A DNA stretch of 64,000 nucleotides from Escherichia coli (GTDB lineage Bacteria > Pseudomonadota > Gammaproteobacteria > Enterobacterales > Enterobacteriaceae): the NCBI RefSeq assembly GCF_003790525.1, contig NZ_CP033635.1; one strand, written 5' to 3'. Numbering within the stretch: position 1 is the first letter of the stretch; every line of letters begins with the position of its first letter. The notes beneath the pieces were generated by a model that was not told where the DNA came from, ran no database searches, and worked only from the letters and a program-made list of their open reading frames with translations. Below are positions 25,037 to 41,422 of the stretch, piece by piece. A program made the position numbers and the translations under genes.

Positions 25037-25815
25037 TATTCCCACCCAGAATAACCAACTTTATTTTTATGCGGTTTCACCGCACCCCGTGATGTCGCCG
25101 GGAAGCCCCGGTAAAAAATAATTAGCATTAGAATAGTTGCGATAAGCTGCAATAAGCAGAACCACCTTTTTGGTTTAATATGTCCTTACAAATAGAAATG
25201 GGTCTTTACACTTATCTAAGATTTTTCCTAAATCGACGCAACTGTACTCGTCACTACACGCACATACAACGGAGGGGGGCTGCGATTTTCAATAATGTGT
25301 GATGCAGATCACACAAAACACTCAATTACTTAACATAAATGTATAAGTCATACTTTTGTTTTGGGTGTATTTCAATCTGTTAAAAAGTTTTTCGCTACGC
25401 TAGCAAGCAAAAATGAAACAGGAATAATCGAAATGGGATGTTGCGCACAGTTAAAATAACTCACCGTAAATAATCATCTGCTATAAATAATCACTTTCAT
25501 GCAATACCAGATAAGCTATTTTTAAACAGACACTTACCGCACAACAAACTAATTAAATACAAAGAAAGGCAACAATCAACTTAATGTTAATGAAATGTTT
25601 TACATATATTAACCACTTGTTTAATGCGGAGAATCAGTACACTATTTTCTTATAATTACATTTGAAATTATATGATCACCGGGAGTGATTGATTAATTGT
25701 CTTTACTAATAATCAGACTAATATTTACCTGTTTGACCGAGTTGGGATTGCGTCGTTTCTCCATTAGGAGTAAAGCTTTAATGTCACCTGAAGTTCACAG
25801 AATAAGGAACAGGTT
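25037..25815. promoter_or_regulatory. flhDC promoter/long 5' UTR and divergent uspC promoter region; no IS element present
   Basis: About 780-bp AT-rich intergenic region between divergent flhD and uspC, uninterrupted by any transposase ORF. Confidence 0.6.
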
Positions 25816-26244
25816 ATGAGCTATAGCAATATTCTTGTCGCTGTTGCGGTTACACCGGAAAGTCAGCAACTGCTGGCAAAAGCGGTATCTATCGCCAGGC
25901 CAGTAAAGGGACACATCAGTTTAATTACTCTCGCTTCCGACCCGGAAATGTACAATCAATTAGCCGCGCCGATGCTTGAAGATTTACGCAGCGTGATGCA
26001 GGAAGAAACGCAAAGCTTTCTTGATAAGTTAATTCAGGATGCGGGGTATCCCGTTGACAAGACGTTTATTGCCTACGGTGAGTTAAGCGAACATATTCTG
26101 GAAGTATGTCACAAACATCATTTCGATTTGGTGATTTGCGGTAATCACAATCACAGTTTCTTTTCGCGAGCATCCTGCTCGGCGAAAAGAGTGATTGCCT
26201 CAAGTGAGGTCGATGTGCTGTTAGTTCCACTTACGGGTGATTAA
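25816..26244 (+). CDS. uspC: universal stress protein C
   Basis: 142-aa ORF MSYSNILVAVAVTPESQQLLAKAVSIARP... Confidence 0.95.
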   Translation: MSYSNILVAVAVTPESQQLLAKAVSIARPVKGHISLITLASDPEMYNQLAAPMLEDLRSVMQEETQSFLDKLIQDAGYPVDKTFIAYGELSEHILEVCHKHHFDLVICGNHNHSFFSRASCSAKRVIASSEVDVLLVPLTGD

Positions 26245-26250
26245 CCGCTC

Positions 26251-29606
<3,356 letters not shown>

Positions 29607-29617
29607 ACTCTCCTTAC

Positions 29618-31132
29618 TCAGGCAACTGCCTGGCTGACTTTAGGCATCGCAAGGCTCAGTGCCTGACGCTCATCTGCCTGCTCGTGTAACAATTCACCGG
29701 CGATTTCACCTTCCCGCATCACCACAATCCGGTCGGCAACGCCGAGGACTTCAGGTAAGTCGCTGGAGGCAAACAGCACCGCCACACCCTGCGCCGCCAG
29801 CGCATAAATCACGTTGTAAATTTCATGCTTAGCACCAACATCAATGCCGCGCGTAGGTTCATCCAGCAAAATGACCTTCATCTCTTCCGATAACCAGCGG
29901 CCCAGAATGGCTTTTTGCTGATTTCCGCCTGAGAGATTCATGATCAGTTGCTCAGCGCCCGGCGTTTTGATGTTGAGCGAACGAATGTGGTGATCGGCAT
30001 TGTTTTCTTCCCAACCGTTGTTGATTACACAACCGCCGAGCACATGTTTACGTCTGGCACTGATGTTGATATTGTCGCGAACGGAGTGCACGGGAATAAT
30101 GCCTTCCGCTTTGCGATCTTCCGGGCAGAGCATCATGCCTGCGGCAATGGCGTGGCTCGGTTTACGAATATCGATCGGCTGTTGGTCGATATAAACCTGA
30201 CCGGCGGTGATTTGCGTCCCGCCAAACAAGCCTTTCATTAATTCGCTACGCCCCGCTCCTACCAGACCAAACAGACCGACAATTTCACCACTGCGAACCG
30301 CCAGACTTATTGGCGTACGCACGCCTGGTGCTTTCACAGCATCAAGACGCAGGCGCTCCTCGCCATAACTACGAGGTTGCCAGCCGTAGATATCGCCAAT
30401 GTCGCGCCCGACCATCGCCTGCACCAGCGCGTCGTGGTCAACCTGCTGCATATCGGTAAAGGTTTTGACATAACGTCCATCTTTAAAGACGGTGATGGCA
30501 TCGCTGAGGGCAAATATTTCTTCCATACGGTGAGAAACGTATAAGATCACCCGCCCCTCTTTTCGCAGTTCACGAATAACGCGGAAAAGATTGTCGATTT
30601 CGCGGGCAGAAAGGGAGCTGGTTGGCTCATCAAAGGCGATAATTTTGGCGTTACGCGCCAGCGCCTTGGCGATTTCAACCATCTGCCACTGACCAATGGA
30701 GAGATATTTCAGCGGCGTGTCCGGGTCAATATCCATACCAAGATGTTTAAGTTGTAAACCCGCCTCATAATTCAGCAATGAGCGATTCACAATGCCGCCT
30801 TTATGCGGCAGCTGGCCGAGATAGATGTTTTCCGCGACGGTCATTTCCGGCACGAGATGCAGTTCCTGGTAAATAATCGCCACACCCGCATTAAGTGCTG
30901 CGGTCGTGTCGGAAAAGGACATTTCCTGCCCATTAATCACTACAGAACCCGTGGTTGGCGCATAGTTGCCGCTGAGGATTTTTAAGAGAGTTGATTTTCC
31001 TGCGCCATTTTCACCCATCAACGCATGAACCTGACCGGCATAGCAATCAAAACTAATATCCGTCAGCGCCTTAACGCCGGGAAATGTTTTACCGATGCCG
31101 CGAAATGAGAGATACGGGGTAGACTGTTGCAT
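29618..31132 (-). CDS. araG: L-arabinose ABC transporter ATP-binding protein AraG
   Basis: [36 protein letters not shown]..., two Walker A motifs. Confidence 0.96.
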   Translation of the reverse strand: MQQSTPYLSFRGIGKTFPGVKALTDISFDCYAGQVHALMGENGAGKSTLLKILSGNYAPTTGSVVINGQEMSFSDTTAALNAGVAIIYQELHLVPEMTVAENIYLGQLPHKGGIVNRSLLNYEAGLQLKHLGMDIDPDTPLKYLSIGQWQMVEIAKALARNAKIIAFDEPTSSLSAREIDNLFRVIRELRKEGRVILYVSHRMEEIFALSDAITVFKDGRYVKTFTDMQQVDHDALVQAMVGRDIGDIYGWQPRSYGEERLRLDAVKAPGVRTPISLAVRSGEIVGLFGLVGAGRSELMKGLFGGTQITAGQVYIDQQPIDIRKPSHAIAAGMMLCPEDRKAEGIIPVHSVRDNINISARRKHVLGGCVINNGWEENNADHHIRSLNIKTPGAEQLIMNLSGGNQQKAILGRWLSEEMKVILLDEPTRGIDVGAKHEIYNVIYALAAQGVAVLFASSDLPEVLGVADRIVVMREGEIAGELLHEQADERQALSLAMPKVSQAVA

Positions 31133-31201
31133 AACGTCTCCGTGAATCACTGGTCGTTCACACCCCCTCTGCATCATGCAGAGGGGAATTTTTCCGGCAA
31201 A

Positions 31202-32191
31202 TTACTTACCGCCTAAACCTTTTTTCTCCAGTTCTTCTTTAAAGTTGTCACGCGTGATCAGTACCACGTCGGTAACTTCGGTAAATTTTGGCGGTTCAAC
31301 GTCTTTTGCTACCCAGTTGTAAAGCATTTCGCTGGATTTATAGCCATGTACGTCCGGGCTTGGCAGCAGGGAACCGTAGAAGCCGGTTGCCTGTGCTTTA
31401 GACAGTTCGCTCACCGCATCCACACCGTTAATGCCAATGCCGATGATATCGGCCGCTTTAAAGCCCTGACCTTCCGTCGCGCGTACGCCGCCCAGCACGG
31501 TGCTGTCGTTCATACCGACGATCAGCCAATGTTTAACTTCCGGATGTTGAACCAGCATTGAGTTGGCAGCGTCAAATGCCCCCGGGATGTCGTTAGATTT
31601 GGTAGGTACCTGATAAATTTGTTTTTCCGGGAATCCGGCCGCTTTCAGCGCATCCATAGATCCCGTAGTACGGCGGCGGGCGGTATCCAGTTCGTTGGCG
31701 GTAATCGCCATCACCGCGCTTTCTTTGACATCCCAGCCACGTTTCTGCATCTCTTTATACAGTTCCTGGCCCTGACGTTCGCCAATTTTAGTCGCCGCCA
31801 TCATCACCAGCGGAACGGTATCCATTGGCTTACCTTTGGCGTTAACAAACTGGTCATCCACGGCAATGACTTTCATATCGTAGCCACGCGCTTTCGCGAC
31901 GATGGCAGAGCCGAGTTTGGGGTCCGGAGTACAAATAACGAAACCTTTTGCGCCACTGGCAGCCAGGCTGTCGATCGCGTTCAATGTTTTTTCGCCATCC
32001 GGCACGGCAATCTTAATAACCTCAAACCCTAAATCCTTCCCGGCTTTATCGGCAAACTTCCATTCGGTCTGGAACCACGGCTCTTCCGGTTGCTTCACCA
32101 GAAAACCGAGCTTCAGGTTCTCCGCCATAGCGGATTGTGACATAACGGCTGCCAGACCAATGGCTGCCAGGGCTTTAGTAAATTTGTGCAT
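31202..32191 (-). CDS. araF: L-arabinose-binding periplasmic protein AraF
   Basis: ORF MHKFTKALAAIGLAAVMSQSAMAENLKLGFLVKQ... Confidence 0.96.
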   Translation of the reverse strand: MHKFTKALAAIGLAAVMSQSAMAENLKLGFLVKQPEEPWFQTEWKFADKAGKDLGFEVIKIAVPDGEKTLNAIDSLAASGAKGFVICTPDPKLGSAIVAKARGYDMKVIAVDDQFVNAKGKPMDTVPLVMMAATKIGERQGQELYKEMQKRGWDVKESAVMAITANELDTARRRTTGSMDALKAAGFPEKQIYQVPTKSNDIPGAFDAANSMLVQHPEVKHWLIVGMNDSTVLGGVRATEGQGFKAADIIGIGINGVDAVSELSKAQATGFYGSLLPSPDVHGYKSSEMLYNWVAKDVEPPKFTEVTDVVLITRDNFKEELEKKGLGGK

Positions 32192-32986
32192 GGTTCTCTC
32201 CAGCTTTAGTGTCGTTTTGTGTAGGGCAAAAACGAATGACATTCGTTAAATTAATCGGAAAACAAAGCATTACCTTTTAACTAAAAGATAAGTGACCGTG
32301 TTGACATAGTTTTAGCGAGAAATTAATTCTCCATAGGAGAGCAATATCACATCGCAGAATTACAGTGAGAACGTGCATAAATTTAGCGGGAAAAGACATA
32401 AGGAAAAGCCAATTTGTCTGACAAATTGTCTAGTGCACAGCAGATTAATCCATAAGATTAGCCTGGAAATCCTTGTTGTCTTTGGTACCCAGCGGGATGT
32501 CTTTTTTTTAACCAGTCAATAGGCCACATTACCTGGCGTTGAGTTTTTGCAATGGTGTAATAACCGCAACTCAAAGATGTGGAAAAAGCGCGTCATTCAT
32601 TTCGCCATTAATTATCACCGTGTTCATTAATTAACAGAACACGTATACTGAGAGCCATATCGCAAAAATGAAAAAACGTTTTAAAAAATCATTGCTTCAT
32701 CATGAATTCAAATTCACCGATTAATATCAACAAGATACAAAAAGCACTATCATTAAAATTCATTGCAGTTACATTGATTTCATCAATGAAATGTAAAAAT
32801 ATATAAACTTGATGATTTAAGCATTTTCTTATACCCATTCAGACGTTATTCTTATTTCAGATCATCGTCAGAATTGACTCCACGATCACATTTCGGACCG
32901 GCAGAAAGGAATTATTCTGCAAACAGTAATTATGGTGTTTTGATTTATCTTGCACCTCTCCACTTCTGGATATAAGGATATTAGGT

Positions 32987-33490
32987 ATGGCAACCGCTGG
33001 AATGCTTCTCAAACTCAACTCTCAAATGAACCGCGAGTTTTACGCATCCAATCTCTACCTTCACCTAAGTAACTGGTGTTCTGAACAGAGTCTGAACGGC
33101 ACCGCCACTTTCCTTCGCGCCCAGGCACAGAGTAACGTGACCCAAATGATGCGCATGTTTAACTTTATGAAGAGTGTCGGCGCTACTCCCATCGTTAAAG
33201 CCATTGATGTTCCCGGTGAAAAACTGAACTCACTGGAAGAACTTTTCCAAAAAACGATGGAAGAATACGAGCAACGTTCAAGCACGCTGGCACAGTTAGC
33301 CGATGAAGCTAAAGAACTGAATGATGATTCAACCGTCAATTTCCTGCGCGATCTGGAAAAAGAACAGCAGCATGATGGCCTGTTGCTGCAAACCATTCTT
33401 GATGAAGTGCGCAGTGCGAAACTTGCTGGTATGTGCCCTGTGCAGACTGACCAACATGTTCTGAATGTCGTGTCGCATCAGCTGCATTGA
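32987..33490 (+). CDS. ftnB: ferritin-like protein FtnB
   Basis: 167-aa [34 protein letters not shown]... Confidence 0.93.
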   Translation: MATAGMLLKLNSQMNREFYASNLYLHLSNWCSEQSLNGTATFLRAQAQSNVTQMMRMFNFMKSVGATPIVKAIDVPGEKLNSLEELFQKTMEEYEQRSSTLAQLADEAKELNDDSTVNFLRDLEKEQQHDGLLLQTILDEVRSAKLAGMCPVQTDQHVLNVVSHQLH

Positions 33491-33568
33491 TCGTCATCGG
33501 CGCTAATGCAATTGCGCCGATGAAGTTTTTGAGAAACCGCTGCCTCATCTTTTTGAAGCAGCGGTTTT

Positions 33569-33820
33569 TTAATGGGATTCGCCCTGTGGGGTAAACTTGA
33601 GTTCAATCAGCGCGATGGCTTTTTGGATTGCCCGCATGGTGACCGGGTCTGCGGCGGCGGGATGGTGAGTAAAGTCGATATTCTTCAGCTGGCTGGACAT
33701 TTTTTCGCGAACTTCAACGGGCGCGATTACATCGAGAACATCCTGAATTTGTTTGATAACAAACTGGCAAGCAACCACATCAGAAACCAGTTCCTGATCG
33801 GCATTCAGCGGCTGGGACAT
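33569..33820 (-). CDS. yecJ: DUF2766 protein YecJ
   Basis: 83-aa [32 protein letters not shown]... Confidence 0.88.
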   Translation of the reverse strand: MSQPLNADQELVSDVVACQFVIKQIQDVLDVIAPVEVREKMSSQLKNIDFTHHPAAADPVTMRAIQKAIALIELKFTPQGESH

Positions 33821-33934
33821 CGTAAACTCCTGATAGCATTTTGAAAGCCGTTATAGTAGCGGCTTCACATCTTCAGCGATAGTCACATCCACCGTCACCA
33901 GGACACAAAAAAACCTGCCGGAGCAGGTTTTTTG

Positions 33935-34021
33935 TTATCGGAACATATTGCCTGGTGGTACGTCTTTGAACGTCTTGCAATAGTTATTGAACATACTTTT
34001 CAGGATCTTGCGCAGTTTCAT
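33935..34021 (-). CDS. azuC: small membrane protein AzuC (28 aa; mRNA also acts as dual-function sRNA AzuCR)
   Basis: Minus-strand translation gives MKLRKILKSMFNNYCKTFKDVPPGNMFR; below the ORF-track size cut-off. Confidence 0.85.
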   Translation of the reverse strand: MKLRKILKSMFNNYCKTFKDVPPGNMFR

Positions 34022-34283
34022 CGCGGCACTCCGACTATTTGTTATGCAGGTGTTATTGTCTTTGCACTTATAATATGACAACCATCACAAAAATCAATCT
34101 TTATGTGATGCAAATCACATAAATACCCTTTTAATGTTATAAAAATGATAATCAAAAAGCAGCACCCCCATTTCTGACACCTACAGATGGCAAGAAATAG
34201 CGCCTGCCAGGCGTCTTTTCCGGCCATTGTCGCAGCGCTGTAACGCGTAAAATAGTGCTTTCTTTTACTCTTCTGGCTGGACC

Positions 34284-34607
34284 ATGAGACTTCTGATTCT
34301 GACTCTTTCATTAATAACGCTGGCGGGGTGCACAGTTACTCGCCAGGCTCATGTGGGCGAAGTTGACACGGCAACAGGTATTGTTCGGTTGGTTTATGAT
34401 CAGGCTTTTTTGCAGCATGCCCATACCGATCGTTATGTCAGTCGCGGGATCGCCGATCGCGCATGCCAGCAGGAAGGCTATACCCACGCGATCCCCTTTG
34501 GTCAGCCAGTAGGCAACTGTAGCCTCTTTGCGGGTTCCTTATGTTTGAATACGGAATTCACTTTGTCATATCAGTGCCATCATTCCGCCTTCCCTGTCTT
34601 TCTCTAA
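34284..34607 (+). CDS. yecR: lipoprotein YecR
   Basis: 107-aa ORF MRLLILTLSLITLAGCTVTRQ... with lipobox LAGC. Confidence 0.9.
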   Translation: MRLLILTLSLITLAGCTVTRQAHVGEVDTATGIVRLVYDQAFLQHAHTDRYVSRGIADRACQQEGYTHAIPFGQPVGNCSLFAGSLCLNTEFTLSYQCHHSAFPVFL

Positions 34608-34778
34608 ACGTTTTAATCAGCGAGGGGGATCTTCGCTGATTAAATAAATAGCGGTAATGCGTTTTATTCCCATTCGTATTTTTAATAAATGATGTTTATA
34701 TTTTACCTTTTGCAAATAATAAAATAACAAATTATAGTGACGCCACAGCAACAAATATAACCTTTGTGGAGCACTATC

Positions 34779-35276
34779 ATGCTGAAACCAGAAATGATTG
34801 AAAAACTTAATGAGCAGATGAACCTGGAACTGTACTCTTCACTGCTTTATCAGCAAATGAGCGCCTGGTGCAGCTATCATACCTTCGAAGGTGCTGCCAC
34901 GTTCCTGCGCCGCCACGCCCAGGAAGAGATGACGCATATGCAGCGTCTGTTTGATTATCTGACTGATACCGGCAACTTACCGCGTATTAATACCGTTGAA
35001 TCTCCGTTTGCTGAATATTCCTCACTTGATGAATTATTCCAGGAAACCTATAAACACGAACAATTAATCACGCAGAAAATTAACGAACTGGCTCATGCTG
35101 CAATGACCAATCAGGACTACCCAACATTTAATTTCCTGCAATGGTATGTTTCTGAGCAGCATGAAGAAGAGAAACTGTTCAAATCGATTATTGATAAATT
35201 AAGCCTGGCAGGCAAAAGCGGCGAAGGTCTGTATTTTATCGACAAAGAACTCTCTACCCTCGACACACAAAACTAA
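34779..35276 (+). CDS. ftnA: ferritin FtnA
   Basis: [34 protein letters not shown]... (165 aa). Confidence 0.96.
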   Translation: MLKPEMIEKLNEQMNLELYSSLLYQQMSAWCSYHTFEGAATFLRRHAQEEMTHMQRLFDYLTDTGNLPRINTVESPFAEYSSLDELFQETYKHEQLITQKINELAHAAMTNQDYPTFNFLQWYVSEQHEEEKLFKSIIDKLSLAGKSGEGLYFIDKELSTLDTQN

Positions 35277-35313
35277 TGCTCTCCGGCGGCAGGTTTACTG
35301 CCGCCGTTTCAAA

Positions 35314-35553
35314 TCAGTGACGGCAAATCTTACTCTGATCGGTCGAAAAACCGTCTTCCGAAGGTATAAATTTGCCTTTTGCTGCCAGAAACGCTACCAG
35401 CTCTCCCGCAGTCATCCCTTCTGCCGAGCAGGTGTGAAAACGTGCCTGTTCACCAAAACGCGCTTTAATCGCAGCTTCCAGACTGGCATGCGTATATTGC
35501 TCGCCTGATTCAATCATCATATTTAACACTTCATGACCGTGAATAGAGTCCAT
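35314..35553 (-). CDS. yecH: DUF2492 protein YecH
   Basis: 79-aa ORF MDSIHGHEVLNMMIESGEQYTHASLEAAIK... Confidence 0.88.
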   Translation of the reverse strand: MDSIHGHEVLNMMIESGEQYTHASLEAAIKARFGEQARFHTCSAEGMTAGELVAFLAAKGKFIPSEDGFSTDQSKICRH

Positions 35554-35743
35554 CGTTCCTCCTCAAAAAAAAGCCTAGCGTAGCGATTACCGCTTATGAA
35601 GACTTTGCGCCAGCGCAGGACTGAATGCTTTTATTGTACATTTATATTTACACCATATGTAACGTCGGTTTGACGAAGCAGCCGTTATGCCTTAACCTGC
35701 GCCGCAGATATCACTCATAAAGATCGTCAGGACAGAAGAAAGC

Positions 35744-36955
35744 GTGAAAAACAGAACCCTGGGAAGTGTTTTTATCGTGGCGGGAACCACAATTGGCGCA
35801 GGCATGCTGGCAATGCCGCTGGCTGCGGCAGGTGTTGGTTTTAGCGTCACGTTAATCTTGTTGATTGGGCTTTGGGCGTTGATGTGCTACACGGCGCTAT
35901 TACTGCTGGAGGTGTACCAGCATGTTCCGGCAGATACCGGTCTTGGCACGCTGGCAAAACGCTATCTGGGACGCTACGGTCAATGGCTGACGGGCTTCAG
36001 TATGATGTTCTTAATGTATGCTCTGACTGCGGCATACATCAGCGGTGCCGGTGAATTGTTGGCCTCCAGCATCAGCGACTGGACAGGTATTTCTATGTCG
36101 GCAACCGCTGGCGTGCTGTTGTTCACTTTTGTTGCCGGTGGCGTGGTTTGTGTCGGAACTTCACTGGTCGATTTATTTAACCGTTTTCTGTTCAGCGCCA
36201 AGATTATTTTTCTGGTGGTAATGCTGGTACTACTGCTGCCGCATATTCACAAAGTGAATCTTTTAACCCTGCCGTTGCAACAGGGGCTGGCTCTGTCTGC
36301 AATCCCGGTGATTTTTACGTCGTTTGGTTTTCACGGTAGCGTGCCGAGTATTGTCAGCTATATGGATGGCAACATTCGTAAGCTACGCTGGGTGTTTATA
36401 ATCGGTAGTGCGATCCCCCTGGTGGCATATATTTTCTGGCAGGTGGCGACGCTTGGCAGCATTGATTCAACAACCTTTATGGGATTGCTGGCTAATCATG
36501 CTGGATTAAACGGGCTGTTACAGGCGTTACGCGAAATGGTGGCCTCTCCGCATGTTGAGCTGGCAGTGCATTTATTTGCTGATTTAGCCCTCGCCACGTC
36601 ATTTCTCGGCGTTGCGTTAGGCTTATTTGATTATCTGGCTGATTTATTTCAGCGTTCAAATACCGTTGGTGGACGGTTGCAAACTGGTGCAATTACGTTT
36701 CTGCCGCCGTTGGCGTTTGCACTGTTTTATCCACGAGGATTTGTGATGGCGCTGGGTTACGCCGGTGTGGCGCTGGCGGTACTGGCATTGATTATCCCTT
36801 CGCTGTTGACCTGGCAAAGCAGAAAGCACAATCCTCAGGCGGGTTACCGGGTCAAAGGTGGTCGTCCGGCGCTGGTGGTGGTGTTTCTCTGTGGTATTGC
36901 TGTGATTGGCGTGCAATTTTTGATTGCGGCAGGGTTGTTACCAGAAGTGGGGTGA
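35744..36955 (+). CDS. tyrP: tyrosine-specific transporter TyrP
   Basis: 403-aa [33 protein letters not shown]... Confidence 0.96.
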
Positions 36956-37016
36956 TCAGATAGCCTCAAATTCCTTATTGGGTGCCAGAATTAACGCTGA
37001 CACCCAATTTGGCCTC

Positions 37017-37682
37017 TTAATGCAGGCAGCACTGCTTAAATTTCTTACCACTACCGCACGGGCAAGGATCGTTACGCCCCGGTTTCTCTTCTGCTTTGAT
37101 CGGTTGCTGAACAGCTTTTTCCTGCGGATGCGCCATCCAGTACGCATGTAGATCAAGCGCCGCCAGTCGAATGGCATCTACGCTCTCTTCAAACGCTTCT
37201 GGCGACATCTTTTCTACCCGCTCGAAGTTTTCCTCAGTACCGTGCAGCGCAATCGCCTCCAGCGCTGGTTTTAACGAATCGGGCAACGTTGACCAGTCAG
37301 AAAGTGCCACGCCCCGCATATAACCAAAGCACCACTCCTCAACAATCGTCAGCTCGCTGCCATCAACTTCTCGCAAGCCGAATAACGGCTCAAACTGCTC
37401 CGGGAATTCGTTCAGACGCTCTGCGGTATCGGCCATATGTTGAAAAGCCAGATTCATAAAGCGCGTCATCTCTTTCTCTGACGCCCAGCGCGGCACATAG
37501 TCAGCCCCACCCCACACGGCAACCAGCCACTGTTCCGGTTCAATCTCTTGCGGAGAACTCAACACCGCCGTCAATAAACCGTCCAGCTCCGCCACATCAA
37601 GGATGGCGTGGTCAGTGTTGTATTTGGTCAGAATATCGTCCAGCCATTCCAACTCACTTTCGTTTAACGGTCCCGTTTTCAT
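37017..37682 (-). CDS. yecA: UPF0149 family protein YecA (C-terminal SEC-C zinc motif)
   Basis: 221-aa ORF ending [20 protein letters not shown]. Confidence 0.93.
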   Translation of the reverse strand: MKTGPLNESELEWLDDILTKYNTDHAILDVAELDGLLTAVLSSPQEIEPEQWLVAVWGGADYVPRWASEKEMTRFMNLAFQHMADTAERLNEFPEQFEPLFGLREVDGSELTIVEEWCFGYMRGVALSDWSTLPDSLKPALEAIALHGTEENFERVEKMSPEAFEESVDAIRLAALDLHAYWMAHPQEKAVQQPIKAEEKPGRNDPCPCGSGKKFKQCCLH

Positions 37683-37810
37683 ACGCTTTTCCTTGTGGAT
37701 CTCAACTCGCCAGCACCTATCTTACATGCCGGTCCGTATCAGAGATACTTTTTGAGTGGCTTTGCTGGTGATTAAAAATTAAGGAGGGTGTAACGACAAG
37801 TTGCAGGCAC

Positions 37811-37833
37811 AAAAAAACCACCCGAAGGTGGTT
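37811..37833 (-). terminator. intrinsic terminator of glyW-cysT-leuZ operon
   Basis: Hairpin aaccacc/ggtggtt followed on minus strand by T7. Confidence 0.75.
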
Positions 37834-37877
37834 TCACGACACTGCTTATTGCTTTGATTTTATTCTTATCTTTCCCA

Positions 37878-37964
37878 TGGTACCCGGAGCGGGACTTGAA
37901 CCCGCACAGCGCGAACGCCGAGGGATTTTAAATCCCTTGTGTCTACCGATTCCACCATCCGGGC
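37878..37964 (-). tRNA. leuZ: tRNA-Leu (anticodon UAA)
   Basis: Reverse complement reads GCCCGGATGGTGGAATCGGTAGACACAAGGGATTTAAAATCCC...GGGTACCA with CCA end. Confidence 0.93.
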
Positions 37965-37976
37965 TCGGGAAGAAAG

Positions 37977-38050
37977 TGGAGGCGCGTTCCGGAGTCGAAC
38001 CGGACTAGACGGATTTGCAATCCGCTACATAACCGCTTTGTTAACGCGCC
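37977..38050 (-). tRNA. cysT: tRNA-Cys (anticodon GCA)
   Basis: Reverse complement reads GGCGCGTTAACAAAGCGGTTATGTAGCGGATTGCAAATCCGTC...CTCCA. Confidence 0.93.
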
Positions 38051-38104
38051 AAATTCTTCAGGCCTTTCAGCCAGACATCCGCTTGACGCCGATGTCTTTT
38101 AAAC

Positions 38105-38180
<76 letters not shown>

Positions 38181-38331
38181 ATTCATCAAGCAATCAGTTA
38201 ATCACTTGATTTTATTATCGTCTGGCAATCAGTGCCGCCGTTCGATGCGTTGCATTCTACTTACCTGGCGCGATGAGTCAACGATATTTTTCACCACTTT
38301 TGATCGTTTGCTGAAAATTACGCCGAAACGA

Positions 38332-38880
38332 TCACTGATCAAGCAAATCTGCACGCGCAGCGCTCAAATATTGCAACATTGACCACAGAGTCAGTACCGC
38401 AGCCACAAAGAAAAGTGCAATACCGGCGTACTCAACCCAAATGTTCGGACGCCACAGCAGCCATGCCAACGCCACCATCTGGGCCGTAGTTTTCACTTTC
38501 CCAATCCAGGAGACGGCCACGCTACTGCGTTTACCCAACTCCGCCATCCATTCGCGTAGCGCAGAAATAATAATTTCACGGGCGATCATCGTTGCCGCCG
38601 GTAATGTCACCCACCAGCTGTGATAATGCTCGGTTACCAGCACCATGGCGATAGCCACGAGAACTTTATCTGCCACAGGGTCAAGGAAAGCACCAAACCG
38701 GGTACTCTGGTTCCAGCGGCGTGCCAGAAAACCATCGAACCAGTCAGTCACCGCCGCGACGCAGAAAATGAGCGCGGCGGCAAACGGCGACCAGGTGACA
38801 GGCAGATAAAAGACCAATACAAAGAATGGGATAAGGATGACACGGAACAGTGTAAGCAACGTAGGGATATTAAATTGCAT
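38332..38880 (-). CDS. pgsA: CDP-diacylglycerol--glycerol-3-phosphate 3-phosphatidyltransferase
   Basis: 182-aa [30 protein letters not shown]... Confidence 0.96.
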
Positions 38881-38936
38881 AATGACGGGTAACTATCTGT
38901 TGTCAGTAAGATTACCCCTATGTTGCTACAGAGACA

Positions 38937-40769
38937 TCAATGTTTCAACGACCAGAAGATCTTTTCTGCCAGACCTTGCGAAATACCCGGCACTTTTGCA
39001 ATTTCCTCGACGCTGGCGTTACGTAAACCTTGCAAACCGCCCATATATTTCAACAACATTTGCCGACGTTTTGGCCCGACGCCTTCAATGGTTTCCAGGG
39101 AACTGGTATTTTTGACCTTCGCCCGTTTTTTACGGTGCCCGCCAATCGCGTGATCATGTGATTCATCGCGAATATGCTGGATAACATGCAGCGCGGGAGA
39201 ATCTGGCGGCAAACTAAATCCCTCACCTTCCGGCTCAAAGAACAGCGTTTCCAGCCCAGCCTTACGATCTGCTCCTTTGGCAACGCCAAGTAGCAGCGGA
39301 TGATTTTTATCCCATGAGACATCCAGTTCGGCGAAGACATTTTTCGCCTGCGCAAGCTGGCCTTTGCCGCCGTCGATAAGGATCACATCAGGGATCTTAC
39401 TGTCGTCAATGGCTTTACCATAACGCCGACGCAGCACCTGATTCATCGCCGCATAATCATCGCCCGGCCTGATGCCTGTAATGTTATAGCGCCGATACTC
39501 CGCACGCAGCGGGCCGTTAGCATCAAACACCACACAGGAAGCGACGGTTTGTTCACCCATGGTATGGCTGATGTCAAAGCACTCCATCCGCTTCACTTCC
39601 GGCAATTTCAACACGCTGGCAAGCGCGGTCAGTCGCTGGTGAACGGTAGATTGCTGCGAAAGTTTGCTGGTTAAGGCCGTCGCCGCATTGGTGCGCGCGA
39701 GTTTCAGATAACGCGCCCTATCGCCGCGAGGTTTGGTTTGAACATTAATCTTGCGTCCCGCCAGTTCTGAAAGGGAATCGGCGAGCAGCGTTTTATCGCT
39801 AAGATTAAAATCGAGCAGGATCTCACCCGGTAAGGTGCGCATCTGGCTGCCTTGTAAATAGAACTGTCCTACGAAGGTTTCCACCACCTCGCTCAGTTCC
39901 GTACCGCAAGGCACTTTCGGGAAATAGCTGCGGCTGCCAAGCACTTTGCCCTGACGAATGAACAATACGTGGACACAAGCCATGCCCGCATCGAACGCCA
40001 CACCAATAACGTCGAGGTCGTCGCCGGTATTGGACACAAACTGTTTTTCGGTGACGCGTCGCACCGCCTGAATTTGGTCGCGAATACGTGCCGCTTCTTC
40101 AAACTCCAGATTCTGGCTGGCAGTTTCCATACGGCTAATCAGTTGCGTAAGCACCTGATCATCTTTGCCAGACAAAAACAGGCGCACATACTCGACCTGC
40201 TGAGCGTATTCTTCTTCACTCACCAGTCCTTCAACGCACGGCCCCAGACAACGTCCTATCTGATATTGCAGACACGGACGCGAGCGATTGCGATAAACAC
40301 TGTTTTCGCACTGGCGAATGGGGAAAATCTTTTGCAGTAGCGCCAGTGTTTCACGTACGGCATAGCCATTCGGGAACGGGCCGAAATATTCACCTTTGGC
40401 ATGCTTTGCACCACGATGCATCGCCAGACGCGGGTGGGTATCGCCACTCAGGAAGATAAAAGGATATGATTTATCATCGCGTAGCAAAACGTTGTAACGC
40501 GGCTGATAGAGTTTGATGTAGTTGTGTTCCAGCAACAGCGCTTCGGTTTCTGTATGAGTAACCGTTACATCAATTTGCTGGATCTGGGCGACCAGCGCTT
40601 CGGTTTTGCGCGAAGCGAGGTTGCTACGGAAATAGCTGGAAAGCCGTTTTTTCAGGTCTTTCGCTTTGCCGACATAGATAACCGTACCACCAGCATCGTA
40701 CATGCGATAAACGCCTGGCTGGCTGGTTACGGTTTTTAAAAACGCTTTTGCGTCAAACTGATCACTCAC
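38937..40769 (-). CDS. uvrC: excinuclease ABC subunit C
   Basis: 610-aa [45 protein letters not shown]... (GIY-YIG). Confidence 0.97.
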   Translation of the reverse strand: MSDQFDAKAFLKTVTSQPGVYRMYDAGGTVIYVGKAKDLKKRLSSYFRSNLASRKTEALVAQIQQIDVTVTHTETEALLLEHNYIKLYQPRYNVLLRDDKSYPFIFLSGDTHPRLAMHRGAKHAKGEYFGPFPNGYAVRETLALLQKIFPIRQCENSVYRNRSRPCLQYQIGRCLGPCVEGLVSEEEYAQQVEYVRLFLSGKDDQVLTQLISRMETASQNLEFEEAARIRDQIQAVRRVTEKQFVSNTGDDLDVIGVAFDAGMACVHVLFIRQGKVLGSRSYFPKVPCGTELSEVVETFVGQFYLQGSQMRTLPGEILLDFNLSDKTLLADSLSELAGRKINVQTKPRGDRARYLKLARTNAATALTSKLSQQSTVHQRLTALASVLKLPEVKRMECFDISHTMGEQTVASCVVFDANGPLRAEYRRYNITGIRPGDDYAAMNQVLRRRYGKAIDDSKIPDVILIDGGKGQLAQAKNVFAELDVSWDKNHPLLLGVAKGADRKAGLETLFFEPEGEGFSLPPDSPALHVIQHIRDESHDHAIGGHRKKRAKVKNTSSLETIEGVGPKRRQMLLKYMGGLQGLRNASVEEIAKVPGISQGLAEKIFWSLKH

Positions 40770-41422
40770 TGACTTGATAATGTCTCCGCATTACACAGAC
40801 CATGGCGAATTGCCAGGTGAGTCAGCTCAACATCGCCATGAATGTTTAGTTTACTGAACATACGATAGCGGTAGCTGTTCACCGTTTTCGGACTGAGATT
40901 GAGCTGTTCTGAGATCTCATTGACCTTCTGGCCCTTGGTGATCATCAGCATAATCTGCAATTCACGTTCAGACAAACTGGCAAATGGGCTTTCTGTTTTT
41001 TCTGGTTCGATCTGGCTTAACGCCATTTGTTGAGCGATGTCAGAAGCAATGTAACGCTGCCCTGAATAGACAGAACGAATCGCACTCACGACTTCCTGCG
41101 GAGCCGCGCCTTTGCTGAGGTAGCCCGCAGCACCGGCCTGCATGACTTTCGCTGGTAAAGGGTTTTCTGTATGGACGGTAAGCATGATGATTTTGACATC
41201 AGCTGTGGAACGCGCGATTTTACGCGTCGCCTCAAGACCGCCAATGCCCGGCATACTCATGTCCATTAGCACCACGTCAACGGCATTTGTCCGGCACCAC
41301 TTAACGGCGTCTTCACCGCACGATGCCTCACCGACGACTTTTATACCCTTTATATCTTCCAGAATGCGTCGTATCCCTGCGCGCACCAGTTCGTGGTCAT
41401 CAACAAGTAGAACGTTGATCAA
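40766..41422 (-). CDS. uvrY: BarA-associated response regulator UvrY
   Basis: 218-aa [26 protein letters not shown]... Confidence 0.97.
   Translation of the reverse strand: MINVLLVDDHELVRAGIRRILEDIKGIKVVGEASCGEDAVKWCRTNAVDVVLMDMSMPGIGGLEATRKIARSTADVKIIMLTVHTENPLPAKVMQAGAAGYLSKGAAPQEVVSAIRSVYSGQRYIASDIAQQMALSQIEPEKTESPFASLSERELQIMLMITKGQKVNEISEQLNLSPKTVNSYRYRMFSKLNIHGDVELTHLAIRHGLCNAETLSSQ

Noticed and set aside
25037-25815. Possible IS element upstream of flhD (as in laboratory K-12 strains)
   Set aside because: No transposase ORF or inverted repeats seen; the region is a continuous AT-rich regulatory sequence.
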